This document shows, in pieces, positions 29,976 through 37,814 of a stretch of 41,059 bases of DNA (position 1 is the stretch's first letter; every line of letters begins with the position of its first letter). A program made the translations under genes and the position numbers. The notes under the pieces were generated by a model, which saw only the letters and a program-made list of their open reading frames with translations, was not told the origin of the DNA and did no database searches. Source of the stretch: a virus; IMG/VR virus record IMGVR_UViG_3300029247_000012, positions 1 to 41,059 of that record. The stretch is one strand, 5' to 3'.

Positions 29976-31624
29976 CGGGATGCTCTTACATCGACGAGTA
30001 TATCGATGAGCTGAGATCCGGGCGGACACCCGCTTGCCGCGAAATGCTCCTCGCCTGCGACTACGTCGAAAGGCGGCTGAGTGCTGACGGCGTATACGTC
30101 GACAATGAAAAAACCGGGCGGGCTATCGCGCTGATCGAAAAGTACTTCGCCATGACGCTCTTCCCATGGGAACGATTCATCATCGCTCTCGTGCACACCT
30201 TCAACGCCGACGGCTCCATTGTCTTCTCAAAATATTTTATCGAGATGGGACGCGGCAACGGAAAAAACGGCTTTATCTCCGGGCTGGTCTGGTATCTGTC
30301 CTCCAAAGCACACGGGATCAAGGGCTACAACGTCGACATCGTCGCGAACTCCGAAGACCAGGCGAAGACCTCCTTCGAGGACGTCTACCGGATGCTCGAG
30401 CGGACACGGCAGAAGTCCCGAAAATTCTTCCGCTGGACACTCGAGAAAATAACCAACACCGACACCGGCAGCTACATCAAGTATAACACCTCAAATGCCC
30501 GCACCAAAGACGGCAAACGTCCCGGATGCCTCGTCTTTGACGAGATACACGAGTATGAAAACTATGATCGGATCAAAGTCATGCGCTCCGCTTTCGGCAA
30601 AATAGAAAACGCGCGGGAGTTCTATATCACGACCAACGGCTACGTGCGCGAAGGCGTCATCGACGAGGAGGAGCGACTCGCGCGGGACATCCTGAACGGC
30701 GTCATCGAAGACTCCCGCGAGCTGCCGCTGATCTGGAAGCTCGACGAAGAGTCGGAGATGGACGACCCCGAAATGTGGGTCAAAGCGAACCCCTCGCTTC
30801 CCTTCCGCCCGATCCTCCGGCAGGAAATCGAGGAGAGCTACAAGGAAAGCCGGATCAAAGCCGACACGCGGCTTGATATGCTGACCAAGCGCTTCAACCT
30901 TCCGCGCTCAAACCCCGAACTCGCCGTCACCGACTACGACAACATATCATCCACGAACCGACCGCTCGAAATCCGTCACGGCGCACCCTGCACCGTCGGA
31001 CTTGACTACGCCGAGTTCAACGACTGGGCGGCGGTCAACCTGCACTTCCGCGACGGGCAGAAACGGCTCGACATCAATCACGCATGGATATGCCGCGACT
31101 CGCCGACGCTCGCGCGGATCAAAGCCCCGTGGCAGGGATGGGTCGAGCAGGGGCTGTGCACCTTCGTCGACGACGTGTCGATATCGCCGGAGCTGCTCTC
31201 CGACTACATCTCGGAGATGGGGCGGCAATACACAATCCGGATGCTCGCGATGGACAACTTCCGCTGGTCGGCGATGGCTGACGCTCTGCGGAAAATCGGC
31301 TTCGACGCCAACGACAAAAAACGCGTCAAGCTCGTCCGACCGTCCGACATCATGCGCACCGATCCCGTGATCCAACTCTGCTTCGCACGGAATCTCTTTG
31401 TCTGGGGAGACAATCCCTGCCTCAGGTGGGCGACGAACAACACCAAACGCGTCCGGTCCTCTCAGCGCGTCGGGTGCGACACCGGAAACTTTGTTTACGC
31501 GAAAATCGAGGCGAAGAGCCGGAAGACCGACCCTTTCATGGCGCTCGTCGCGTCGATGACCTGCGAGGACGTCCTCGGAACCGGACGGGTCGAAATCCCG
31601 AAAATCGGGGCTATCAAGATATAG
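29972..31624 (+). CDS. terL: Terminase large subunit
   Basis: Walker A-like GRGNGKNG and Walker B LVFDEIHE are followed by a C-terminal nuclease region. 550 aa. Confidence 0.92.
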   Translation: MTGCSYIDEYIDELRSGRTPACREMLLACDYVERRLSADGVYVDNEKTGRAIALIEKYFAMTLFPWERFIIALVHTFNADGSIVFSKYFIEMGRGNGKNGFISGLVWYLSSKAHGIKGYNVDIVANSEDQAKTSFEDVYRMLERTRQKSRKFFRWTLEKITNTDTGSYIKYNTSNARTKDGKRPGCLVFDEIHEYENYDRIKVMRSAFGKIENAREFYITTNGYVREGVIDEEERLARDILNGVIEDSRELPLIWKLDEESEMDDPEMWVKANPSLPFRPILRQEIEESYKESRIKADTRLDMLTKRFNLPRSNPELAVTDYDNISSTNRPLEIRHGAPCTVGLDYAEFNDWAAVNLHFRDGQKRLDINHAWICRDSPTLARIKAPWQGWVEQGLCTFVDDVSISPELLSDYISEMGRQYTIRMLAMDNFRWSAMADALRKIGFDANDKKRVKLVRPSDIMRTDPVIQLCFARNLFVWGDNPCLRWATNNTKRVRSSQRVGCDTGNFVYAKIEAKSRKTDPFMALVASMTCEDVLGTGRVEIPKIGAIKI

Positions 31625-31662
31625 CCAACACTTAGTTTGACTTAGTTTAACGTTAAGTTTCA

Positions 31663-32934
31663 GTGATAGAAACTTTAACGCTGAAGCAAAGCGATAAATC
31701 CTTTACACAAGGAGTGATGAAAACATTGGGATTCTGGGAGTGGCTTCTCCCGAACAGGAGAAAAACAATATTCGTCGACGCGCCGGTCACCGAGCTGTGC
31801 GCGAAATCGATCGAGTACTCAGCATCAAACCTCGCTTTCATGGCGTGCGTGAACCTCATCGCGAACGCGATTTCGCGCTGCACCATCCGAACCTTTGAAA
31901 ACAATCAGGAAAAGCACGGACGCGACTACGTGCTCTGGAATGTAGAGCCGAACGCGAACCAAAATGCGGCGGTCTTCTGGCATCAGTTCGTCACGCGGCT
32001 TTTCACCGACGGCGAAGTCCTCGTCGTGCCGACCAAGCGCACCGACGGACTCAACCGCGGCGAGAGCGCCTGGTGTGTGGCAGACAGCTACACTCTGCCG
32101 GACATCTATCCGGCGCAGATGTGCAAGTACGAGCAAGTCACCGTCGGCGAGGTGACATATGACAAGGTCTTCCGCGAAAACGAGGTGCTGCATCTGGTAC
32201 TCAATCACGTCAACGTGAAGCCGGTGCTCGACGGCATTTACTCGGCGTACTGCCGGATGCTCAAAGCCGCGATGACCGACTACAACTGGGGAATGGGGCA
32301 ACACTGGAAAGTCCACGTCAATCAGCTCGCGGGCGGGCAGAATGATTTCTCGAAGAACTTCGCCACAATGATCCGCGAGCAGGTGAAAACCTTCTTCGAC
32401 ACCGACGGCTCGGTGCTGCCGGAATTTGACGGCTACACCTACGAGCGCGTCGGCGGAAACTTTAAGGACACGCGCGACGTCCGGCAGATCATAGATGATA
32501 TATACATCTACACCGCGCGCGCTCTCGGCATCCCGCCGGTGCTCGTCGCGGGAAACGTCGCCGGGATCGGGGAGGTAAACACGCAGTTCCTCACTTACTG
32601 CGTCGACCCGATATGTCGGCAGATCGAGGCGGAAATCAACCGCAAGTGCTACAGTTTCGCGCAGTTCGCTGCCGGAACGCGTGTCACCTGCGACTCGTCG
32701 ACGATCATGCACTTTGATATCTTCGGCACCGCTTCGGCGGTTGAAAAAGCCGTCGGCTCCGGCGCGTTTACGATAAACGACGTCAGGCGCGCCGCCGGTC
32801 AGCCGGTGATAGACGAGGACTGGGCAAACCAGTCCTATATGACCAAGAATCTCGGTCCTACTGTAACACAGGAGGAGGTGAAAGAAAATGAGACGAATGT
32901 GGGAAATCAAGAACCAGACGGAAACGGCGCTTGA
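31663..32934 (+). CDS. Portal protein (HK97 family)
   Basis: Position after terL, the size and the overall pattern. The start is uncertain (GTG 31663 or ATG 31717). Confidence 0.85.
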   Translation: MIETLTLKQSDKSFTQGVMKTLGFWEWLLPNRRKTIFVDAPVTELCAKSIEYSASNLAFMACVNLIANAISRCTIRTFENNQEKHGRDYVLWNVEPNANQNAAVFWHQFVTRLFTDGEVLVVPTKRTDGLNRGESAWCVADSYTLPDIYPAQMCKYEQVTVGEVTYDKVFRENEVLHLVLNHVNVKPVLDGIYSAYCRMLKAAMTDYNWGMGQHWKVHVNQLAGGQNDFSKNFATMIREQVKTFFDTDGSVLPEFDGYTYERVGGNFKDTRDVRQIIDDIYIYTARALGIPPVLVAGNVAGIGEVNTQFLTYCVDPICRQIEAEINRKCYSFAQFAAGTRVTCDSSTIMHFDIFGTASAVEKAVGSGAFTINDVRRAAGQPVIDEDWANQSYMTKNLGPTVTQEEVKENETNVGNQEPDGNGA

Positions 32935-33688
32935 CCTTTATATCTATGGTGCGGTCGAGGGCGACTCCTACAACGGGTGGACGGGCGAGGTCATCGAATC
33001 CGAGACTTCCGCGAACGCCTTCCGCGATGCGCTTGCCTCGGCGGGTGATGTGAGGACGATAAACCTCTATATCAACTCGGAAGGCGGCTCGGTGTTCGAG
33101 GGCTCCGCGATTTACTCGCAGCTTATGCGCTCAAAAGCCCGGAAAGTCGTCCGCGTCGACGGTTTCGCGTGCTCTATCGCCGCCGAAATCGCCATGGCGG
33201 GCGACGAGGTTATCATGGCTCCGAATGCGCTGATGATGATTCACAACGCATGGAGCTACGCCGTCGGAAACTCGGCGGAACTCCGGAAAGCCGCCGACGA
33301 CCTCGACGTCATCAACTCCGCGCAGCGCGGCGCATACCTCAAAAAGGCGGGCGATAAGCTCTCAGAGGACGAACTTGTCCGCATGATGGACGCCGAAACA
33401 TGGCTCAACGCCGAGGACTGCGTGAAATACGGACTTGCCGACAAAATCGGCGAGACCGCCGCGGATATCCCGAACGCCGGTGAAACCGTCGCCCGGATGA
33501 CGAACAGCCTGCAAAGCCGGATCGCGGCTTGCCGCTCCGTCGCCGCGCAGCTCCGCCAGCTCGTCACGTCCCCGCCCCCAGTGAGAACGCCGGAGCCGGA
33601 ACCGACGCCCGAGCCCGAACCCGAACCGCAGTCCAAAGAACCCGACGCCCCCGGCATCATGTCGATGCTTGCCGGGCTGAAAAATTAA
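32888..33688 (+). CDS. Prohead protease, ClpP/S14 family, with Pro/Glu-rich C-terminal tail
   Basis: INSEGGSVFEG...GFACSIAA...MMIHNAW match the ClpP-type Ser/His motifs. Confidence 0.88.
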   Translation: MRRMWEIKNQTETALDLYIYGAVEGDSYNGWTGEVIESETSANAFRDALASAGDVRTINLYINSEGGSVFEGSAIYSQLMRSKARKVVRVDGFACSIAAEIAMAGDEVIMAPNALMMIHNAWSYAVGNSAELRKAADDLDVINSAQRGAYLKKAGDKLSEDELVRMMDAETWLNAEDCVKYGLADKIGETAADIPNAGETVARMTNSLQSRIAACRSVAAQLRQLVTSPPPVRTPEPEPTPEPEPEPQSKEPDAPGIMSMLAGLKN

Positions 33689-33711
33689 ATTTGCAAAGGA
33701 GTAAAAACAAA

Positions 33712-35166
33712 ATGATCATGAATCAGATCCGCGACCGCGACGCCATCCGCGCGTCGATGCAGGAAGCACTGAAAAACAACGACACCGACGGCTTTTACAA
33801 CGCCATGGATGAGATGATCCTCTCCATCGAGCAGGCGGTCCGCGCCGACAACGACGCGTACCGCTCCGAGCAGGACACCCGCATTCTCGCCGAGCGCGGC
33901 GTGAGACAGCTCACCTCCGCTGAGAGAAAGTATTACAACAAGGTCATCGAGGCTATGCGCTCAACCGACCCGAAAGCGGCGCTGACCAACCTCGACGTTG
34001 TCATGCCGGAAACCGTCATCAACTCGGTTTTTGACGAGCTCCGCACCCGTCACCCGCTCCTCTCCAGAATCAACTTCATGGCTACCAACGGCAAAATCAA
34101 GTTCCTGATGAACACCAACGGCGAACAGAAAGCGGTCTGGGGCACTCTCACCGACGCCATCACCAAGGATCTTGCTTCCGGCTTCAAGGAAGTCGACGCG
34201 ACGCTGATGAAGCTCTCCGCGTTCCTCCCGGTCGCGAAGTCCATGCTCGACCTCGGTCCGGAATGGCTTGACAGATACATCCGCGAGGTGCTCTATGAGG
34301 CACTGGCGAACGGTCTCGAGGCGGGCATCGTCGACGGCAACGGTCAGAATCAGCCGGTCGGTATGTCCCGCGAGGCTGATGTCGCGAAGTCTTCCGGCGG
34401 TATCTTCCCGCAGAAGGCGAAGATCGTCGTCAACGAGTTCACCCCGTCGAGCATGGGCAAGCTCGTCGCGCTCCTCGCGAAAGACCCGAAAGGTCAGTCC
34501 CGCTCGGTCGGCAACTTCATCCTCATTGTCAACCCGCAGGATTATTATGAAAAGATAATGCCCGCGACCACCATGCTTCGTACGGACGGCACCTACCGTA
34601 CCGATGTCCTCCCGATTCAGGCGGATATCATCCAGTCTTCCGCGCTGAGCCGCGGCGACGCTATCTTCGGCATGGCTGACCGCTACTTTGCGGCTGCCGG
34701 TACCGACACCGACGGCAAGATTCTTTTCTCGGACGACTACAAGTTCCTCGAGGACCAGAGAATGTACCTCATCAAGGCGTACGCAAACGGTCTCCCGAAG
34801 GACAACGATTCGTTCCTCTTCCTCAACATTTCCGGTCTCCGTCCGCTCGTCCTCACCGTCCAGCAGGAGACCGCGCCGACCGCTTCGACCGACGCTACCC
34901 TCTCGTCCATCGACGGTCTGACTCTCTCCCCGACCTTCGCGGCAGCGACCACCACCTACACCGCGGCGACCACCAACGCGGCTGACGTCGTCACTGCTTA
35001 CCCGAGCGACATCAACGCCACCGTGCAGCTCACGCTCGGCGCGAAGATCATCGAGAACGGCTCCGCGGTCAAGTGGACTGACGGCACGAACACCCTTAAG
35101 GTCAACGTCGTCGCTGAGGACGGCACGACCAAGAAGACCTACACCATCACGGTGACCAAGTCGTAA
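33712..35166 (+). CDS. Major capsid protein (HK97 fold) with C-terminal cadherin-like/Ig-like beta-sandwich domain
   Basis: AAAGGAG RBS precedes ATG 33712 (the ORF-track upstream extension is rejected). An N-terminal delta-domain-like coil is followed by a capsid core. The last ~90 aa fit the pattern LS.L...G.LSP.F...TT.YT....(V). Confidence 0.88.
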   Translation: MIMNQIRDRDAIRASMQEALKNNDTDGFYNAMDEMILSIEQAVRADNDAYRSEQDTRILAERGVRQLTSAERKYYNKVIEAMRSTDPKAALTNLDVVMPETVINSVFDELRTRHPLLSRINFMATNGKIKFLMNTNGEQKAVWGTLTDAITKDLASGFKEVDATLMKLSAFLPVAKSMLDLGPEWLDRYIREVLYEALANGLEAGIVDGNGQNQPVGMSREADVAKSSGGIFPQKAKIVVNEFTPSSMGKLVALLAKDPKGQSRSVGNFILIVNPQDYYEKIMPATTMLRTDGTYRTDVLPIQADIIQSSALSRGDAIFGMADRYFAAAGTDTDGKILFSDDYKFLEDQRMYLIKAYANGLPKDNDSFLFLNISGLRPLVLTVQQETAPTASTDATLSSIDGLTLSPTFAAATTTYTAATTNAADVVTAYPSDINATVQLTLGAKIIENGSAVKWTDGTNTLKVNVVAEDGTTKKTYTITVTKS

Positions 35167-35486
35167 TGGCACGGCGGGACAACCTCCCCGCCGGTCTGCT
35201 CGACGACGTAAAGAATCATCTCGGAATCACATGGACCGATGACGCCACCGACACCCGGATCGCCGGGCTCATCGGTTCCGGGATGGCATACATCGACAGC
35301 AAATACGGCGGAGACGCGGACTATATCGAGGACGGATTTCCGCGAACCCTGCTGATGGAATACGTCCGCTACGCAAGGGACGCCGCGCTCGACATCTTTG
35401 AAAACAACTATGCCGCGCTCATTCTCGCCATGCAGCACGAAAGGCAGGTCGAACGACTTGAAGAGCTACAAATACCCGAACCGTGA
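35166..35486 (+). CDS. Head-tail connector (gp6-like / DNA packaging protein family)
   Basis: The motif LLDDVKNHLGITWTDD...D..I..LI and the position after the capsid gene. Confidence 0.75.
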   Translation: MARRDNLPAGLLDDVKNHLGITWTDDATDTRIAGLIGSGMAYIDSKYGGDADYIEDGFPRTLLMEYVRYARDAALDIFENNYAALILAMQHERQVERLEELQIPEP

Positions 35487-35820
35487 GCGGAACGTCGTCT
35501 CTCAGACCTACAACGACGGATACGCGAAAATCTACGCCGCCGAGGACGGAGCCGACCCCGGACACATGCCGGTCGAAAAGCTCACGCTCAAAGCGCAGCT
35601 CTTTTACGCCGAACAGCGCGTCGGAATCTCGCGATTTTACACTGCGCAGCAATACCACGACGACGTCGAACGGCTTATACGCGTACAACGCGCCGGAGTG
35701 ATCGCGAACCGCGATATCGCCGAGACCGAAGACGGACAGCGATATAACATCGCCATGGTGCAGACCGTCGACGGGGTCTACCCCCCGTCGCTCGATCTGA
35801 CGCTCACGAGGATAAAATAA
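35458..35820 (+). CDS. Head-tail adaptor / head closure protein
   Basis: Position and size. The start is uncertain (TTG 35458 gives 120 aa; alternative ATG 35410). Confidence 0.6.
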   Translation: MKSYKYPNRERNVVSQTYNDGYAKIYAAEDGADPGHMPVEKLTLKAQLFYAEQRVGISRFYTAQQYHDDVERLIRVQRAGVIANRDIAETEDGQRYNIAMVQTVDGVYPPSLDLTLTRIK

Positions 35821-36155
35821 TGAGCTGGGTAAATAAAATCATCGACGCGCACCTCGCCGTCACCGACCAAGTCTCGCGGTACCGGCGGCTCAAATCCGAC
35901 CGGTATTTTGTATGGTCTGAGGACAGCACCAACGATCTTGTCTCAGGCGGCGCGCACATCGAGCGGGCAATCATCGGAACGACCGATCTTTACACAAAAA
36001 CCGAGGATGATCCGTGGGCGGGTCAGCTCGAAACAGCCTTTGAAGCCGCCGGCATCCCATACTACCGAAACTCCGTGCAGTATGAAGAGGAAACCGGATA
36101 TATCCACACCGAGTGGGTCTGGGAGGTGCCGGAAGATGGCGATGATACGCTTTAG
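35820..36155 (+). CDS. Neck/tail-completion protein, hypothetical (111 aa)
   Basis: The ATG overlaps the upstream TAA. Sits in the connector cluster. Confidence 0.6.
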   Translation: MSWVNKIIDAHLAVTDQVSRYRRLKSDRYFVWSEDSTNDLVSGGAHIERAIIGTTDLYTKTEDDPWAGQLETAFEAAGIPYYRNSVQYEEETGYIHTEWVWEVPEDGDDTL

Positions 36156-36639
36156 CAAGCTCCGGGATTACGAGCTTATGCTCGGAAAACTCGGAGACAA
36201 GACGCCGGAAATATGCGGAAAAGCCATACACGAAGGCGCAAAAATCATCGCGGACGAGGTAAAGAACAACCTGAACTCGCTGAGCGTGACCACGGACGAG
36301 CTCACCATGCTTAAAGCAAGAAAAGGCGAGCCGACGTACATCACGAAGCGGGCGAAGGAAGGGCTTATCGAATCCTTCGGCGTCACCCCCATGCAAAAAG
36401 ACCGCGACGGCATCTACAACGTGAAACTCGGTTTCGACGGCTACAACGCCGTGAAAACCAAAAAATGGCCGAAAGGTCAACCGAATCAGCTTATCGCCCG
36501 CGCCTGCGAATCCGGCTCGTCCGCGATGATCAAGCAACCGTTCTTCCGCCAGGCGGTGCAGAAAAAGCGCCGGAAAGCTGAAAAGCGGATGGGCGAAATA
36601 CTCGATGAGGAAATCAAGAAAACAGGAGGATTTAATTAA
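36136..36639 (+). CDS. HK97 gp10-family tail-completion protein (167 aa)
   Basis: GGGAGG lies 9 nt before ATG 36136. The pattern L..L......I..KA...GA.II...VK is typical of gp10-like proteins. Confidence 0.7.
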   Translation: MAMIRFSKLRDYELMLGKLGDKTPEICGKAIHEGAKIIADEVKNNLNSLSVTTDELTMLKARKGEPTYITKRAKEGLIESFGVTPMQKDRDGIYNVKLGFDGYNAVKTKKWPKGQPNQLIARACESGSSAMIKQPFFRQAVQKKRRKAEKRMGEILDEEIKKTGGFN

Positions 36640-37242
36640 ATGGCTACTGTAGGCGTATGCAAACCGTACTACGCAATCTACGCAAACTCCGGCGCGACCG
36701 TGTCCTACTCGGCGGGCGGCGTCGTCGGAAAGGCTGTCACAGTCTCGGTCGACATCGAAACGTCGGACAGCAATGATCTTTACGCGGACAACGCCATCTG
36801 CGAAAGTGAAAAGACCTTCACCGGCGGCACTCTCGGTCTGACCACCGACGACTTTGAGCAGGCGGTCTCGAAGGCAATGCTCGGTCTGAAGGAGGAATCC
36901 ATCACCGGCATCGAGGGCGTCACTGACACGTCGGTCAAGGAACTTATCTACGACGACGATCAGGCTACCCCGTATCTCGGCGTCGGCTTTATCATCAAAA
37001 AGATCAAGGGCGGCGTCTCTAAGTGGCGTGCAATCGTGCTGACCAAGGTCAAGTTCGCGGTCCCTTCGGACGCCGCGAACACGCAGGGTGAGACCATCGA
37101 ATGGCAGACCCCGGAAATCTCCGGCACCATCATGCGCGACGACAGCGAGAAGCACGCATGGAAAAAGGAAGCGACCTTTACATCCGAGGCTCAGGCTGAG
37201 GCGTACATAAAGGCAAGGCTCGGAATCACGGAGGCGGCGTAA
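36640..37242 (+). CDS. Major tail protein (phi13-like family)
   Basis: The position before the chaperone and tape measure genes, and the N-terminus GVCKPYYAIY. Confidence 0.8.
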   Translation: MATVGVCKPYYAIYANSGATVSYSAGGVVGKAVTVSVDIETSDSNDLYADNAICESEKTFTGGTLGLTTDDFEQAVSKAMLGLKEESITGIEGVTDTSVKELIYDDDQATPYLGVGFIIKKIKGGVSKWRAIVLTKVKFAVPSDAANTQGETIEWQTPEISGTIMRDDSEKHAWKKEATFTSEAQAEAYIKARLGITEAA

Positions 37243-37245
37243 AAA

Positions 37246-37629
37246 ATGCGGACGGCGAAACTCAGGCTCGGTAAAAACGATTATTTACTCTGCTTCTCGA
37301 CACGCGTCGTCCGCGCCGTCAACGAGAGGTATGGCGGAGTCGACAAAATCGACTCCGTCCTCCGCGACGGCGACACCGCGAAGGCGCTCGACGAGATGCT
37401 CTGGCTCATTCACACGATGATGGATGGCGGATACCGCTACGCCAAGCATGAGGGCATCGACACGCCGGAGCCCCCCGCGCTCGACGACCTCCAGGACATC
37501 TGCGACGTCTCCGACTTCGCGGGACTTCGCGACAAAATCAACGAAACGATAACGAGCGGCGCTACTCCGGACGTCGCCGTCGAGGATAACCCAAAAAACG
37601 CCGGAAACACTCAGACGGAGAACCCCTGA
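37246..37629 (+). CDS. Tail assembly chaperone (G-like, zero-frame product)
   Basis: Lies between the major tail protein and the tape measure. Acidic, 127 aa. Confidence 0.8.
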   Translation: MRTAKLRLGKNDYLLCFSTRVVRAVNERYGGVDKIDSVLRDGDTAKALDEMLWLIHTMMDGGYRYAKHEGIDTPEPPALDDLQDICDVSDFAGLRDKINETITSGATPDVAVEDNPKNAGNTQTENP

Positions 37630-37802
37630 CCGTCGAGTGGTATATCTGGTATGGGCTGACTCTCGGGCTCGGATATGACCGCACGCTCGACCTGCCGTTC
37701 GGCGAGCTTTTAACGCTGATCGCCATCGAGCAGATCAAGCACGAGGGAGCAAAACGGAAAGGGGTATGCGATGACGAAGAAATCATCCCCGATGTGGACT
37801 AA
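37246..37802 (+). CDS. Tail assembly chaperone -1 frameshift fusion (G-T type), join(37246..37599,37599..37802)
   Basis: The -1 frame encodes ...EWYIWYGLTLGLGYDRTLDLPFGELLTLIAIEQIKHEGAK... and ends 12 nt before the tape measure start. Confidence 0.65.
37593..37599 (+). promoter_or_regulatory. Slippery heptamer A_AAA_AAC for a -1 programmed ribosomal frameshift
   Basis: In zero frame the codons read CCA AAA AAC. The -1 frame stays open from here to TAA 37800..37802. Confidence 0.7.
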
Positions 37803-37814
37803 GGCGGTGAGAAA

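Noticed and set aside
33529-33711. Upstream extension of the capsid ORF (545-aa form)
   Set aside because: It overlaps the protease gene and has an Arg/Ala/Pro-rich translation. A strong RBS precedes ATG 33712.
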